From a virus (Duplodnaviria; Caudoviricetes), in the IMG/VR virus record IMGVR_UViG_3300035661_000295, positions 1-26,231 of that record: DNA of 26,231 nucleotides, one strand, 5' to 3'. Of the stretch, positions 1 to 9,214 are shown piece after piece (the first letter of the stretch is position 1; every line of letters starts with the position of its first letter). The translations under genes were made by a program, and so were the position numbers. The notes beneath the pieces were generated by a model, which did not search any database, was not told the origin of the DNA, and saw nothing but the letters and a program-made list of their open reading frames with translations.

Positions 1-733
1 GCAGATCGCCGCTCTCGATGAGCTGAGCGCGAAGATCGATGCCTCGCAAGCAGCCACAAAGAAGCTGAAAGACGAGCTCAAGAAGAAGGACGACAAGCAG
101 GGAGACTTCTTTGGTGGTATGAAGGAGGGCATGGTGGAGCTTGGGAACTCCATGTCCGACCTGTTCACCGAAGGCAAGAAAATGGCGACTGACTTTGCGA
201 ACAAAGCGACCGATGCCCTGACTCGATTCGCAATGGGTGGTAAGAACGTATTCAAGGACTTGCTCAAGTACATCATGGAGGAGATCGTTCGATTCCTGAT
301 GGCCAAAGCAGTCACAATGTTCATCTCAGCCTTCATGGGAGGAGGCGGTAAGGCTGATACGGGGACTGGTATGATGCCCTACCAGGTGGGGACCCTCAGC
401 GGCGCTGGAGGCTATACTGGCAAGTTGGCTTCTGGTGGTCCTGTATTCCCAGGCGGTAGCTACCTCGTAGGCGAGAATGGACCCGAGCGGTTCAACCCAT
501 CTACTCCTGGGTACATCATCCCGAACGATCAACTGTATGGAGGCGGGAACACCCAGAACCACGTCCAGGTCAGCGTCACCGTTCACAAGGATGGCACTAC
601 ATCTACGAGTTCGAGTGATGACAACTCTATGGCAAACAAGATTGCTGGTGATGTTGTTGCGATTGTTGACCGAAGAATAAGTGAGCACATGCGTTCTGGC
701 GGGAAGCTCAATCCCACGACGCGGAGGGCCTAA
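1..733 (+). CDS. Tail tape measure protein, C-terminal part (5'-truncated by window)
   Basis: The frame is open from position 2. It has helical Ala/Lys-rich sequence and the typical TMP C-terminal motif ASGGPV..G.SYLVGENGPE.F.P...G.IIPN, and lies directly before a lambda M-like gene. Confidence 0.9.
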   Translation, partial: QIAALDELSAKIDASQAATKKLKDELKKKDDKQGDFFGGMKEGMVELGNSMSDLFTEGKKMATDFANKATDALTRFAMGGKNVFKDLLKYIMEEIVRFLMAKAVTMFISAFMGGGGKADTGTGMMPYQVGTLSGAGGYTGKLASGGPVFPGGSYLVGENGPERFNPSTPGYIIPNDQLYGGGNTQNHVQVSVTVHKDGTTSTSSSDDNSMANKIAGDVVAIVDRRISEHMRSGGKLNPTTRRA

Positions 734-1077
734 TGACCGCCACAACTCTGACCATTGCGCCAAGCTACTCGACCAACTTGACCGAGACCCCAGATTTGTT
801 TCGTGCGATAGATGGTGATGGCTACAAGAAGCGTCGAGCTAAGGGGCTCAACCCGATCCTCCAGTCTTGGGCGCTGGCCTACAGCGACCGCACAGACACA
901 CAAAGGGACACGATCCTCGCATTCTTTCGTGCGACCAAAGGAGTGGACTACTTTCTGTGGACTCCTCCGGGTGCGACCGAATTCCAGCGTAAGTTCCTGG
1001 CTGTCGATTGGAAGGACAACATCACGGATGCAGGTAGGCACAACATCTCCGTCACCATAGAGGAGACCCTCGGATGA
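733..1077 (+). CDS. Minor tail / distal tail protein (lambda gpM-like)
   Basis: 114 aa with GDGY..R...GLN, W.L and FF....G...F.WTPP motifs. Position after the TMP, with a TAATG overlap. Confidence 0.88.
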   Translation: MTATTLTIAPSYSTNLTETPDLFRAIDGDGYKKRRAKGLNPILQSWALAYSDRTDTQRDTILAFFRATKGVDYFLWTPPGATEFQRKFLAVDWKDNITDAGRHNISVTIEETLG

Positions 1078-1757
1078 GCACAATCAAGGGAACAATACCT
1101 TCCTCCGACTTAGCTCTGCTCGCGGGTTCGGGTCTGCTGATCTTCTGGGTCATCGACACAACGGCGATGGGCGGAAACGTAATGAGGCTCTATAACGGGA
1201 AGAATGAACTGGGCAATGACGTCGTCTGGCAAGGCAACACTTACAATGCCTTTCCTATCGCTGGGCAAGGGTTCGATTTCAAAGGTGACGGGCCTCAAGC
1301 TAGACCCAAACTTACTGTTGGAGACTTGGACGGATCCATTGGAGCTCTCGTCCGCCTCTTGGGTGGTATCGAAGGTGCTGTTGTGACGAGGAAGCGCACT
1401 TTCGTCAAGTATGTGGACGCTGTGAATTTTGCTGCTGGAAATGCCTCAGCGAACCCCACGATTGCTTTCGCCGACCAAATCTACCGAATCGAGCAGAAAG
1501 AACAGGAGGTCCCCGGACAGTTCCTGACCTTTACCCTTGCTAGTCCTCTGGATCGCGAGGGAGTCAAGGTTCCCAGGCGGCAGTTCCGACAGAACCTATG
1601 CGCTTGGGCTTACAAAGGCCCAGACTGTGGCTACGTCGGAGCTCTCGCTACCTGCGACAAGGGTCTGAACACAACGAACGGCTGTGCAGCGCACTTCGGA
1701 GCTACGGCTGTTCTGCCAGCTGGGCTCTTCCCTTCAGTGGGGTTGGTTGATGCTTAA
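1074..1757 (+). CDS. Minor tail tip protein (lambda gpL-like, 4-Cys Fe-S motif)
   Basis: VWQG..Y..FPI...GF, VTRKRTF.KY.DA.NF and the C-terminal CAW.YKG.DCGY...CDK.....GC cysteine set. Confidence 0.92.
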   Translation: MSTIKGTIPSSDLALLAGSGLLIFWVIDTTAMGGNVMRLYNGKNELGNDVVWQGNTYNAFPIAGQGFDFKGDGPQARPKLTVGDLDGSIGALVRLLGGIEGAVVTRKRTFVKYVDAVNFAAGNASANPTIAFADQIYRIEQKEQEVPGQFLTFTLASPLDREGVKVPRRQFRQNLCAWAYKGPDCGYVGALATCDKGLNTTNGCAAHFGATAVLPAGLFPSVGLVDA

Positions 1758-2454
1758 CGAACGCTTGCGGAAGGAGATCCGCGCACACGCTGAATTAACG
1801 AACAAGAAGGAGTGCTGTGGCCTCCTCGTTCGGGTCGGAGAAGATCTCCTTTACTATCCATGCGGGAATCTTGCTTTGCGAGACTCTGAGTTCATCATGG
1901 ATCCCAAGGATGCGATGTTGGCGGAGGAAGCTGGAGAGATCGTCGCTGTTGTCCACAGTCACCCCTACACGCCACCGGAACCGACCCAGCCTGACCTGGT
2001 CTCTATGGAAGCTTCCGGACTTCCTTGGGTCATTGTGAATTGGCCTACTCTCGAGATCCGAGAACACACTCCGGTAGGCTACGTCGCTCCGCTCATCGGT
2101 CGCGTCTTCTCGCACCACATACTGGACTGCTTCACTCTCATTCGGGACTACTACAAGCAGACCCTCGATATCGATATGAAGGACTACGATCGCGAGGAGC
2201 GATGGTGGGAGCGCGGCCAGGACATCTACGTCCAGAACTACGAGGATGCTGGATTTGTGCGAGTTGACGAACCGCAGAAGCATGACGTCCTACTCATGCA
2301 GATCCACTCCCTAGTACCAAACCATGCAGCGATCTTCCTTGGGGACGGGACGATCCTCCAACATTTGCAAGGCAGACTCTCAGGAATCTATCCTTGGGGT
2401 GGTTATTGGCAGCGCAGCACCACACATGTACTACGCCACAGGAGTCGGCTATGA
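1750..2454 (+). CDS. Tail tip assembly protein K (JAB/MPN + NlpC/P60)
   Basis: ECCG, HSHP.....PT..D (JAB) and DCFTL.RDYY...NHAAIF..HL (NlpC/P60). Start moved to ATG 1750. Confidence 0.93.
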   Translation: MLNERLRKEIRAHAELTNKKECCGLLVRVGEDLLYYPCGNLALRDSEFIMDPKDAMLAEEAGEIVAVVHSHPYTPPEPTQPDLVSMEASGLPWVIVNWPTLEIREHTPVGYVAPLIGRVFSHHILDCFTLIRDYYKQTLDIDMKDYDREERWWERGQDIYVQNYEDAGFVRVDEPQKHDVLLMQIHSLVPNHAAIFLGDGTILQHLQGRLSGIYPWGGYWQRSTTHVLRHRSRL

Positions 2455-3191
2455 ATGCGACAACGTTCGAAGGCTCATACATGATGTATGGAAGAAGCCT
2501 TCATAACCAGAAAACCAGAGTGTTGCTTTATGGACATCTGCGAAAGAAGTTTGGAAAGCTGCACGAGCTCTCCATCAGTAGCCCAGCAGAAGCTGTCAGA
2601 GCTTTGTCTCGCCGCTTCCCTGGGTTCTTCAAGGCGGTTCGCTTCCACCAACCTGGGTTCGCTGTGTTCATCGGCAGAGATAATATTGAGGAACGCTGCC
2701 TGACAATGTGCAACGGTGGTGAGGATATTAAGATCGTCCCACTGACTTCTGGTGCAGGCAACGCTAATTGGATGCAGGTCATTGTAGGTGCTGTCTTAAT
2801 TGCAGCTGGTGTCGTGATCGGCTACACGACTGGCTGGTCTGGCGTTGGACTCACCGTAGCCAAGGGATTCATCACTGCTGGCGCAGCCATGATCATCGGT
2901 GGTGTTGCAAACATGCTCTTCGCTCCTTCACCTCCGGACGCTCCACAAGAATCCGACGGCCACAAACCCAGCTACTTGTTCAATGGGCCTGTGAACACCT
3001 ATGCTCAGGGACACTGCGTACCTGTGCTTCTTGGTGGTCCGCTCCGCGTTGGAAGCTGTGTAATCTCTGCATCTCTTGTTGCGGAGGAGTGGAATGAGGG
3101 TGGCGGTTCTGATCCGAACGATAGCACGACTAGTGATTCTGGTATTGATGATGGTTTTGGTATTCACCGTTGGCGTGTGAAGACGACTTAG
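2451..3191 (+). CDS. Tail tip assembly protein I (ubiquitin-like N-domain)
   Basis: V.LYG.L.KKFG, SPAEA.RAL, I.IVP...GAG, a Gly-rich hydrophobic stretch and SYLFNGPVNT..QG..VPV. ATGA overlap with K; RBS ggag at 2441. Confidence 0.92.
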   Translation: MNATTFEGSYMMYGRSLHNQKTRVLLYGHLRKKFGKLHELSISSPAEAVRALSRRFPGFFKAVRFHQPGFAVFIGRDNIEERCLTMCNGGEDIKIVPLTSGAGNANWMQVIVGAVLIAAGVVIGYTTGWSGVGLTVAKGFITAGAAMIIGGVANMLFAPSPPDAPQESDGHKPSYLFNGPVNTYAQGHCVPVLLGGPLRVGSCVISASLVAEEWNEGGGSDPNDSTTSDSGIDDGFGIHRWRVKTT

Positions 3192-3199
3192 GAGCTGGG

Positions 3200-5722
3200 A
3201 TGTTTCGGATCGCTGGTTCTGGTGGTGGTGGTGGCAAGAGTGGTGGTGGTGCTCAACACACGCCAGTCGAAGATCCCGATTCCCTTAACGTCAAGTCCAG
3301 AGCTCGTGTTCTAGAGGTTATCTCTGAGGGACCAATTCAGGGTCTCGTAGACGGACTAAAGTCTGTATATCTCGACGACACTGTTCTCCAGAATGGAGAC
3401 GGAAGCTTCAATTTTAAAGACGTTACTCTTCTCTCGACGACCGGGACACCTACACAGGGCTACATCACAGGGTTCCCTTCCGCCGAGGCTGAGGTTGGGG
3501 TCGATCAGGAAGTTCGTCTAGATACACCAGTGATAAGGTCCTTTGCAGACTCGACGGTTGATGCGATCAGAGTGACGCTGAATTTCCCACAAATGGAAAA
3601 AGTCAATTCCAGCAATGGAGACATTCACGGGACGACCGTTCAGATGGCGATCGACGTCCAGGCTAATGGTGGCGGCTACCAGAACAAGGTTCTGGATACC
3701 ATTACTGGGAAAGCGACCTCTGCTTACGAGCGTAGCTACCGCATTGAGCTTCCCAAACCTGGTCCTTGGGACATAAAGGTCCGACGAGTTACAGCGGACA
3801 ATCACTCCGCGACGCTCATGAACCAATCGCGCTGGAAGTCCTACACCAAGATCACCGATAAGAAGCTCTCCTTTCCTAACTCTGCGATCATCGCTCTCCA
3901 GATGAATGCCGAGGTTTTCTCTTCCATCCCAACGCGTGGCTACGAAGCTTGTGGACTCATCTGTCGCGTGCCGACCTCTTACACAGCTCCTGTCTACAAT
4001 CCAACGACAAAACTCTGGTCGGATCCCGTTAATACTGGAACCTGGGATGGATCTTTCAAGCTCAGTTGGACGAACAACCCCGCCTACTTGCTGATGGAGT
4101 TGCTCACCAATCCTCGCTGGGGAATGGGTGAGTATGTTAAGGACACTGACCTCGACAAGTGGGCTATTGAGGCTATTGGTAGATATTGCGACGGGATGGT
4201 TCCCGACGGCAAGGGTGGAACTGAGCCTCGTTTCAGGCTGGCGCTGTATCTGCAGACTCAGGAAGACGCTTACAAGGTGGTCCAGAACATCTGCTCAACC
4301 TTCCGTGCAATGAGTTTCTGGGGTGGGGACCGAATGTTCTTGGCCCAGGACTCACCTGCTACAAGCATTGCCGCTCTGTATACCAATGCAAATGTCCTCG
4401 ACGGAGTCTTCACTTACTCCTCAGCGCCACTGTCTTCCAAGCACTCCGTCGCCACCGTGAGTTGGAACAACCCAGCAAACAACTACAAAACCGAGCGAGA
4501 GTACGTAGAGCGGAAGGCTTCAGTTGACCGCTACGGGATTCGGCAAACCGACATCGCTGCGATGGGGTGTATCTGGCAAGGACAGGCCCACCGTCAAGGG
4601 GATTGGGCTCTTTACAGCGAATGGGCAGAAGGGGAGACAGCCACCTGGCGGACGGACCTCGAAGGCCTTTGTGCGGGACCCTTCGAGGTGATTAACTTAT
4701 GCGATACAAACCGTACCGGTTTGCGCATCGGTGGACGTATCGTAGCGGCGACAGCGACCCAAGTTACGATCGACTCGGCTGTAGCGATTGACTCCACCGA
4801 AAACCCTCTATTGTCCGTGATGCTTTCCGACGGGACGATCGCTACGAAGGGTATCACGAACGCCACAGGATCCTACACAGTCCTGAATTTAGCATCAGCT
4901 CTAACCTCAGTTCCGGTATCCGATAGTCCTTGGGCACTATCCACCGACTCACTCGTTCCGCTCACAATGCGAATTCTCAGCATAGTAGAGATAGATCCCA
5001 ATACTTATGAGCACATTGCGGTTATCCATGACCCCAATAAATACAGTGCCGTTGAGCTTGGGATAGAGTTGGAATCCAAACCCACCTCACTGAACGATAG
5101 CAACCTAACACCTACCGCTCCGACTGCGCTTTTGGTCACCGAGAACTTGTACAATTCTGGCTTCGATCTGAAGACGAATATTCACGTCGAATGGACTGGA
5201 AGCCTAATTGACAAAACCTACTCCGTCGAATATCGCAAGGACTCCGGCAACTGGACTGTGCTTCCTGAGGTATCCGCTCATAGAGCAGACATCGCAGACG
5301 TAATACCTGGTAGCTTGTACGAAATCCGAGTCGCCGCTTTGAACTTATTGAAGAGATCCCCTTATAGCGCCGTCAGTTCATACATAGTGCTGGGCAAGAC
5401 CATGCCTCCAGCCGACGTCACAGGTTTCACGATCGACTACAAGGCATTCGGTGTGACGCTGAAATGGAATCCCAACCCGGACCTAGACCTCGATGGTTAC
5501 GAGATCAGGAATGGATCTGTATGGGACTCCGCCACGTTCCTGAACTACGGATCTTCGACGAGCTTCACGATTCCCCTCACCGCCAGTGGGTCTTCACAGT
5601 TCTTGATAAAGGCGAAGGACACCTCTGGGAACTACTCGATTACTGCAGCTTCGGCAAACGTCACCATCACACCAACTACACCAGCTACCTTGACGATGAC
5701 GGTTTCTGCCATTAAGCCTTGA
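3200..5722 (+). CDS. Central tail tip / host-specificity protein J (lambda gpJ-like, ends after FN3 domains)
   Basis: G.GGGGK start, ISEGPIQGL, WDG.FK..WTNNPA, RYCD..VPDG.GG.EPRF and FN3 repeats at the C-terminus. ATG 3200 follows RBS aggag. Confidence 0.95.
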   Translation: MFRIAGSGGGGGKSGGGAQHTPVEDPDSLNVKSRARVLEVISEGPIQGLVDGLKSVYLDDTVLQNGDGSFNFKDVTLLSTTGTPTQGYITGFPSAEAEVGVDQEVRLDTPVIRSFADSTVDAIRVTLNFPQMEKVNSSNGDIHGTTVQMAIDVQANGGGYQNKVLDTITGKATSAYERSYRIELPKPGPWDIKVRRVTADNHSATLMNQSRWKSYTKITDKKLSFPNSAIIALQMNAEVFSSIPTRGYEACGLICRVPTSYTAPVYNPTTKLWSDPVNTGTWDGSFKLSWTNNPAYLLMELLTNPRWGMGEYVKDTDLDKWAIEAIGRYCDGMVPDGKGGTEPRFRLALYLQTQEDAYKVVQNICSTFRAMSFWGGDRMFLAQDSPATSIAALYTNANVLDGVFTYSSAPLSSKHSVATVSWNNPANNYKTEREYVERKASVDRYGIRQTDIAAMGCIWQGQAHRQGDWALYSEWAEGETATWRTDLEGLCAGPFEVINLCDTNRTGLRIGGRIVAATATQVTIDSAVAIDSTENPLLSVMLSDGTIATKGITNATGSYTVLNLASALTSVPVSDSPWALSTDSLVPLTMRILSIVEIDPNTYEHIAVIHDPNKYSAVELGIELESKPTSLNDSNLTPTAPTALLVTENLYNSGFDLKTNIHVEWTGSLIDKTYSVEYRKDSGNWTVLPEVSAHRADIADVIPGSLYEIRVAALNLLKRSPYSAVSSYIVLGKTMPPADVTGFTIDYKAFGVTLKWNPNPDLDLDGYEIRNGSVWDSATFLNYGSSTSFTIPLTASGSSQFLIKAKDTSGNYSITAASANVTITPTTPATLTMTVSAIKP

Positions 5723-5732
5723 GGAGACCCTT

Positions 5733-8700
5733 GTGCCCTATCGCTTGCCCTACCAAGACGATTCCTCTGTATTGCAGAACAATAGCGGGACTCCTCGGGT
5801 CGTGAACCCGAAGTGGCTCACGTTCAACTGGACACACAACGACACGAATCCCGCTGGCTCACTCAAGAGTTTCAGGCTGGTGGTCTACAAGGGAACCGAT
5901 CCGAACCTGTCCTCGAACTATATCGTCGAGCCCATTATGATCCCCGCCACCGAGACCTCGGCTGTGGTCCCTGTTTTGGTCGCGGATCAGGTCACGGTCT
6001 TTGGCGCGATTCAGGCAGTATATGTCAACGGCAACGAGTCCTCTTGGCGCACCATCAGCGGGACAATCGTGGTCGATCCCGATACGGTCTCCCTCAAGGA
6101 CGCAGCAGGGGTCACGGCGATCCAGGCCAGTGTGAACGACATTGTCTCGGACGATGTGCTGGACACCAGCGAGAAGGCTCATTTTAACCTCGTATACACG
6201 ACGGTCACACAGGAACAGACCAGCGTGGACGCTCAGGCCACGAACTTCAGTGGCATAGTTGCCGTCACCACGGCCAAGACCTCCTACGATAACGCCGTCA
6301 CAAATCTGACCGCATATGTCAACGCTCTGAGCCCTGCATTCACGGACTTCACCTTGAACACACCACTCGGGGTCGGTGGTGGTGCCACAATGCGAACCAA
6401 GTTCGCCCTCGTGTTCAGCACCCGAGAGGCTCTGCTCAAAGCAGTTGCTGACGCCCAGAAAGCTCTGGCGGATGCGGCTCAGAGTGGTGTCATCGTCCCA
6501 AATCCAAACTTCGATCAGGACATGAACTCCACTTGGCCCAACATGACGCAGATAGCTGCGGCTTCAGCTCCCGCAGGGTGCCCAACGCCGTTCTGTGGTC
6601 GAGCGCAAGCGCGGGATCAAATTGCCGGGCCTCGATTCCCTGTTACACCTGGGGCGCAAATTTATTACGAAGCATGGATTGACACGACACAAACCACCCA
6701 TACGGCATCATTTGGTCTGTATTTCCGAGATGCCGCTAACAATCTTTTCATGGGAGTCTATGGCGCAACCGCACCCGCTGGGTCAGCGTGGGCGAAGCGA
6801 AGTGCAACTTTAACGGTCCCGGCGGGAGCGGTGTCGGCTCATTGCTTCTGCCAGATAGAAGCAACCTCGTCCTTCGGTAGCGCCTACTTCACCGGACTAC
6901 GGGTGAGTGAGGGCATCCCAGCGCAGACCGGCGTCAACACGATCAATGATCCCGACACCCTGACCACGGGCGAGAAGCCGCAGATCATCCTGGACTACAA
7001 CGCGGTCACGGGTGAGAACGCGGACCTCGTGAACAAGGCTGGAACCTATGGCGTGAGCCATGGGACCTATGACACGGCGTATTCCGCGCTGCTGTCCTAC
7101 CTGTCCACGCTCACCAGCCCCACAGCCTGGAACTCCCTGAGTGGCACCACGGCGCTCGGAACTGGCAATCGCGTGGCCCTTTGGAACCCGAAGTGGACCG
7201 CCGTGAAGAACGCCGCCGCCGATCTGCGGAACGCCATCGCGGTGGGCACGGCGCAGAACGCGATCACCACGGCGGCGACGGATGCCACGAACAAGGCCAA
7301 TGCCGCGCAACTCGCTTCCCAGCCGCATCAGGTGGCATGGGCCTATGCGTCGAAGCCTGCGCTGCCAGATCCTGCTTACCCAGCTGGTTACTACGCGATC
7401 ACCACGGACGCTCGCACAGTGCAGGTAAGCGCGGCTGGCACGGCGTGGACGGACGTGCTGGTGGCGACAACAGGGCTCTTCGGGCAGTTGTTTGCGAACC
7501 AGCTAACGGTCGCTAACTTCGACAATCTGATTCCCAACCCTAACAGCGATCAGGCCCCTCCTGCGGGTGGATGGCCACCCGGATCTTTTGAGAGTGCTGG
7601 TTTATTGGTAAATCCCTCATATGCACACACTGGGAATAGTTGCCGGGTTGTCAGTGATTACACCGGCAACACGGTTACAAAAGGAATCCAAGTAACTCCA
7701 GTTATTCCTTGTGCAGTGGGTGACCAGTTCCTCGGTCAGTTCTGGGCGTTTTCCGGTTCAGCAACGGGCGCAGCAGGTCTCTATATTTCATGGCGCAACG
7801 CTTCATATTCGGAGGTTGCTTCAACTTTCTTAACGACGCCCCTTACGGGGGTCTATGCGAAGAGTAGTTTTATCGCCCAGGCTCCATCCGGGCTCGGTGT
7901 TATCGGTTTCTCGGTCTCTATAGCAGGCTACAGCATTCGTAACCAAGACGTGTTCTTTGACGATCTATATTTCCGACGAATGGCGGATGCAAACCTCATC
8001 GTGGACGGCACGCTCCAGGCTCTCGTGGCGCGGGTGCCGTTGCTCTACTCGCTGGACATGCGGAGCGGTTCGGACGCGAGCGGATACCAGGCGGGAACGG
8101 CCAACTCGGCACCCATTGGGTACAGGATCAGCGCGGGTGGTTTTACTTCGACCGCAATCGGTGGCACAACATTCACCGCGCAGGTAGAGCTTGGCTATGG
8201 CGTCAATTTTGGGGGTTATCAAGTTGGACCACTAACTGCTCGTGCCATGAGCGCCATTGGTGACAACGGCCAAACAGGAACCTCGTTCCGGTGCTGGTAT
8301 CGCGGGAGCAACGACCCTGGCACCCTTCAGGGGGCTCCGAATATCGCGCGCTTCTATGTTCAATCGGCATGGCAGAATACGAGTACTGGCCGCTTCATGC
8401 TGAATTTCTTTCTTCGCCCAGCCGCCTATACAGACAACTTTGATGGGATGCGTTACGCCAAGATTGAGTTCTGGCGAGGGAATACATCATCAGCCACAAA
8501 GATAATGACCAGCTATTGCAACCTTCCAGATCGCCTTTACTACAGCACTACAGATAGCGACCCAGGCAATGCTTCAGCAGCAAGCGTATACTTTGAAAAT
8601 GACACAACCTCCGGAATCCTTTCTGGGAATGACCCAAGATTCTTCTTATTCATAACTATCTACAATGCTGCGGGACCATCTGCTTCGGCCTGGTTCGTTC

Positions 8701-9203
8701 CCCCATCAGCATTAGAAACGGATTGGACTCAGCAAACTTCTTCACCATTCTCTGGTGGTTCGTCTGGTGGTGGGGGTGGGGGTGGAATCAATGGCGGTGG
8801 CACTTGCCCAGCTCCCGACGTGCCTTTGCTCATGGCCGACGGCACCGAGAAGCCAGCTGGACAGATCCGCGTCGGCGACCGTGTCGTAGCCTGGGATGAG
8901 GCGGCTGGGTGCGAGTGCATAGAGGAAGTCACCTTCGTTGAGCGCGGTGAGAATACGGTCGCCAGACTCTATCTGGACAATGGGCAGGATGGTCGCTTCG
9001 CTATGAATCACCGGTTCCTCACCCACCACGGCGAATGGACCGAACTTCAGCACTTGCACGCTGGCGAAAAATTGCATGGCGCATCCGTTGTCTGCGTCCA
9101 GCCGCTCGGCTTCGCAGAAGTAGTGAAGATCACCGTCAACCGCGTCCACACCTACATCACGCTCGGCGTGGTATCTCACAATGTGAAGGCCCTCATCACC
9201 TAA
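5733..9203 (+). CDS. Modular tail fibre / receptor-binding protein with C-terminal Hint domain
   Basis: N-terminal FN3-like domain, two helical repeats (D.L...EK), two CBM_4_9-like domains (PNPNFD; NLIPNP...DDLYFR), a poly-Gly linker, then a Hint domain. GTG start with RBS ggag. Confidence 0.85.
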   Translation: MPYRLPYQDDSSVLQNNSGTPRVVNPKWLTFNWTHNDTNPAGSLKSFRLVVYKGTDPNLSSNYIVEPIMIPATETSAVVPVLVADQVTVFGAIQAVYVNGNESSWRTISGTIVVDPDTVSLKDAAGVTAIQASVNDIVSDDVLDTSEKAHFNLVYTTVTQEQTSVDAQATNFSGIVAVTTAKTSYDNAVTNLTAYVNALSPAFTDFTLNTPLGVGGGATMRTKFALVFSTREALLKAVADAQKALADAAQSGVIVPNPNFDQDMNSTWPNMTQIAAASAPAGCPTPFCGRAQARDQIAGPRFPVTPGAQIYYEAWIDTTQTTHTASFGLYFRDAANNLFMGVYGATAPAGSAWAKRSATLTVPAGAVSAHCFCQIEATSSFGSAYFTGLRVSEGIPAQTGVNTINDPDTLTTGEKPQIILDYNAVTGENADLVNKAGTYGVSHGTYDTAYSALLSYLSTLTSPTAWNSLSGTTALGTGNRVALWNPKWTAVKNAAADLRNAIAVGTAQNAITTAATDATNKANAAQLASQPHQVAWAYASKPALPDPAYPAGYYAITTDARTVQVSAAGTAWTDVLVATTGLFGQLFANQLTVANFDNLIPNPNSDQAPPAGGWPPGSFESAGLLVNPSYAHTGNSCRVVSDYTGNTVTKGIQVTPVIPCAVGDQFLGQFWAFSGSATGAAGLYISWRNASYSEVASTFLTTPLTGVYAKSSFIAQAPSGLGVIGFSVSIAGYSIRNQDVFFDDLYFRRMADANLIVDGTLQALVARVPLLYSLDMRSGSDASGYQAGTANSAPIGYRISAGGFTSTAIGGTTFTAQVELGYGVNFGGYQVGPLTARAMSAIGDNGQTGTSFRCWYRGSNDPGTLQGAPNIARFYVQSAWQNTSTGRFMLNFFLRPAAYTDNFDGMRYAKIEFWRGNTSSATKIMTSYCNLPDRLYYSTTDSDPGNASAASVYFENDTTSGILSGNDPRFFLFITIYNAAGPSASAWFVPPSALETDWTQQTSSPFSGGSSGGGGGGGINGGGTCPAPDVPLLMADGTEKPAGQIRVGDRVVAWDEAAGCECIEEVTFVERGENTVARLYLDNGQDGRFAMNHRFLTHHGEWTELQHLHAGEKLHGASVVCVQPLGFAEVVKITVNRVHTYITLGVVSHNVKALIT
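8805..9182 (+). other. Hint (intein-like / BIL-type) autoprocessing domain
   Basis: Cys1 block CPAPDVPLLMADGTEK..I.VGD.V, block B AMNHRF, a W...L..G segment, block F V.ITV...HTY and terminal HN followed by VKALIT-stop. Confidence 0.88.
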
Positions 9204-9214
9204 TAGGAGCCACC

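Noticed and set aside
5700-5740. Programmed frameshift or readthrough fusing J to the fibre
   Set aside because: No slippery heptamer seen, and the downstream gene has its own RBS and GTG start.
8805-9203. Canonical splicing intein / mobile element
   Set aside because: No homing endonuclease, the +1 residue is Val and the C-extein is only 6 aa. Treated as a cleavage-type Hint domain.
5733-9203. Diversity-generating retroelement or invertible fibre cassette
   Set aside because: No reverse transcriptase, recombinase or near-identical TR/VR DNA repeat is visible in the window.
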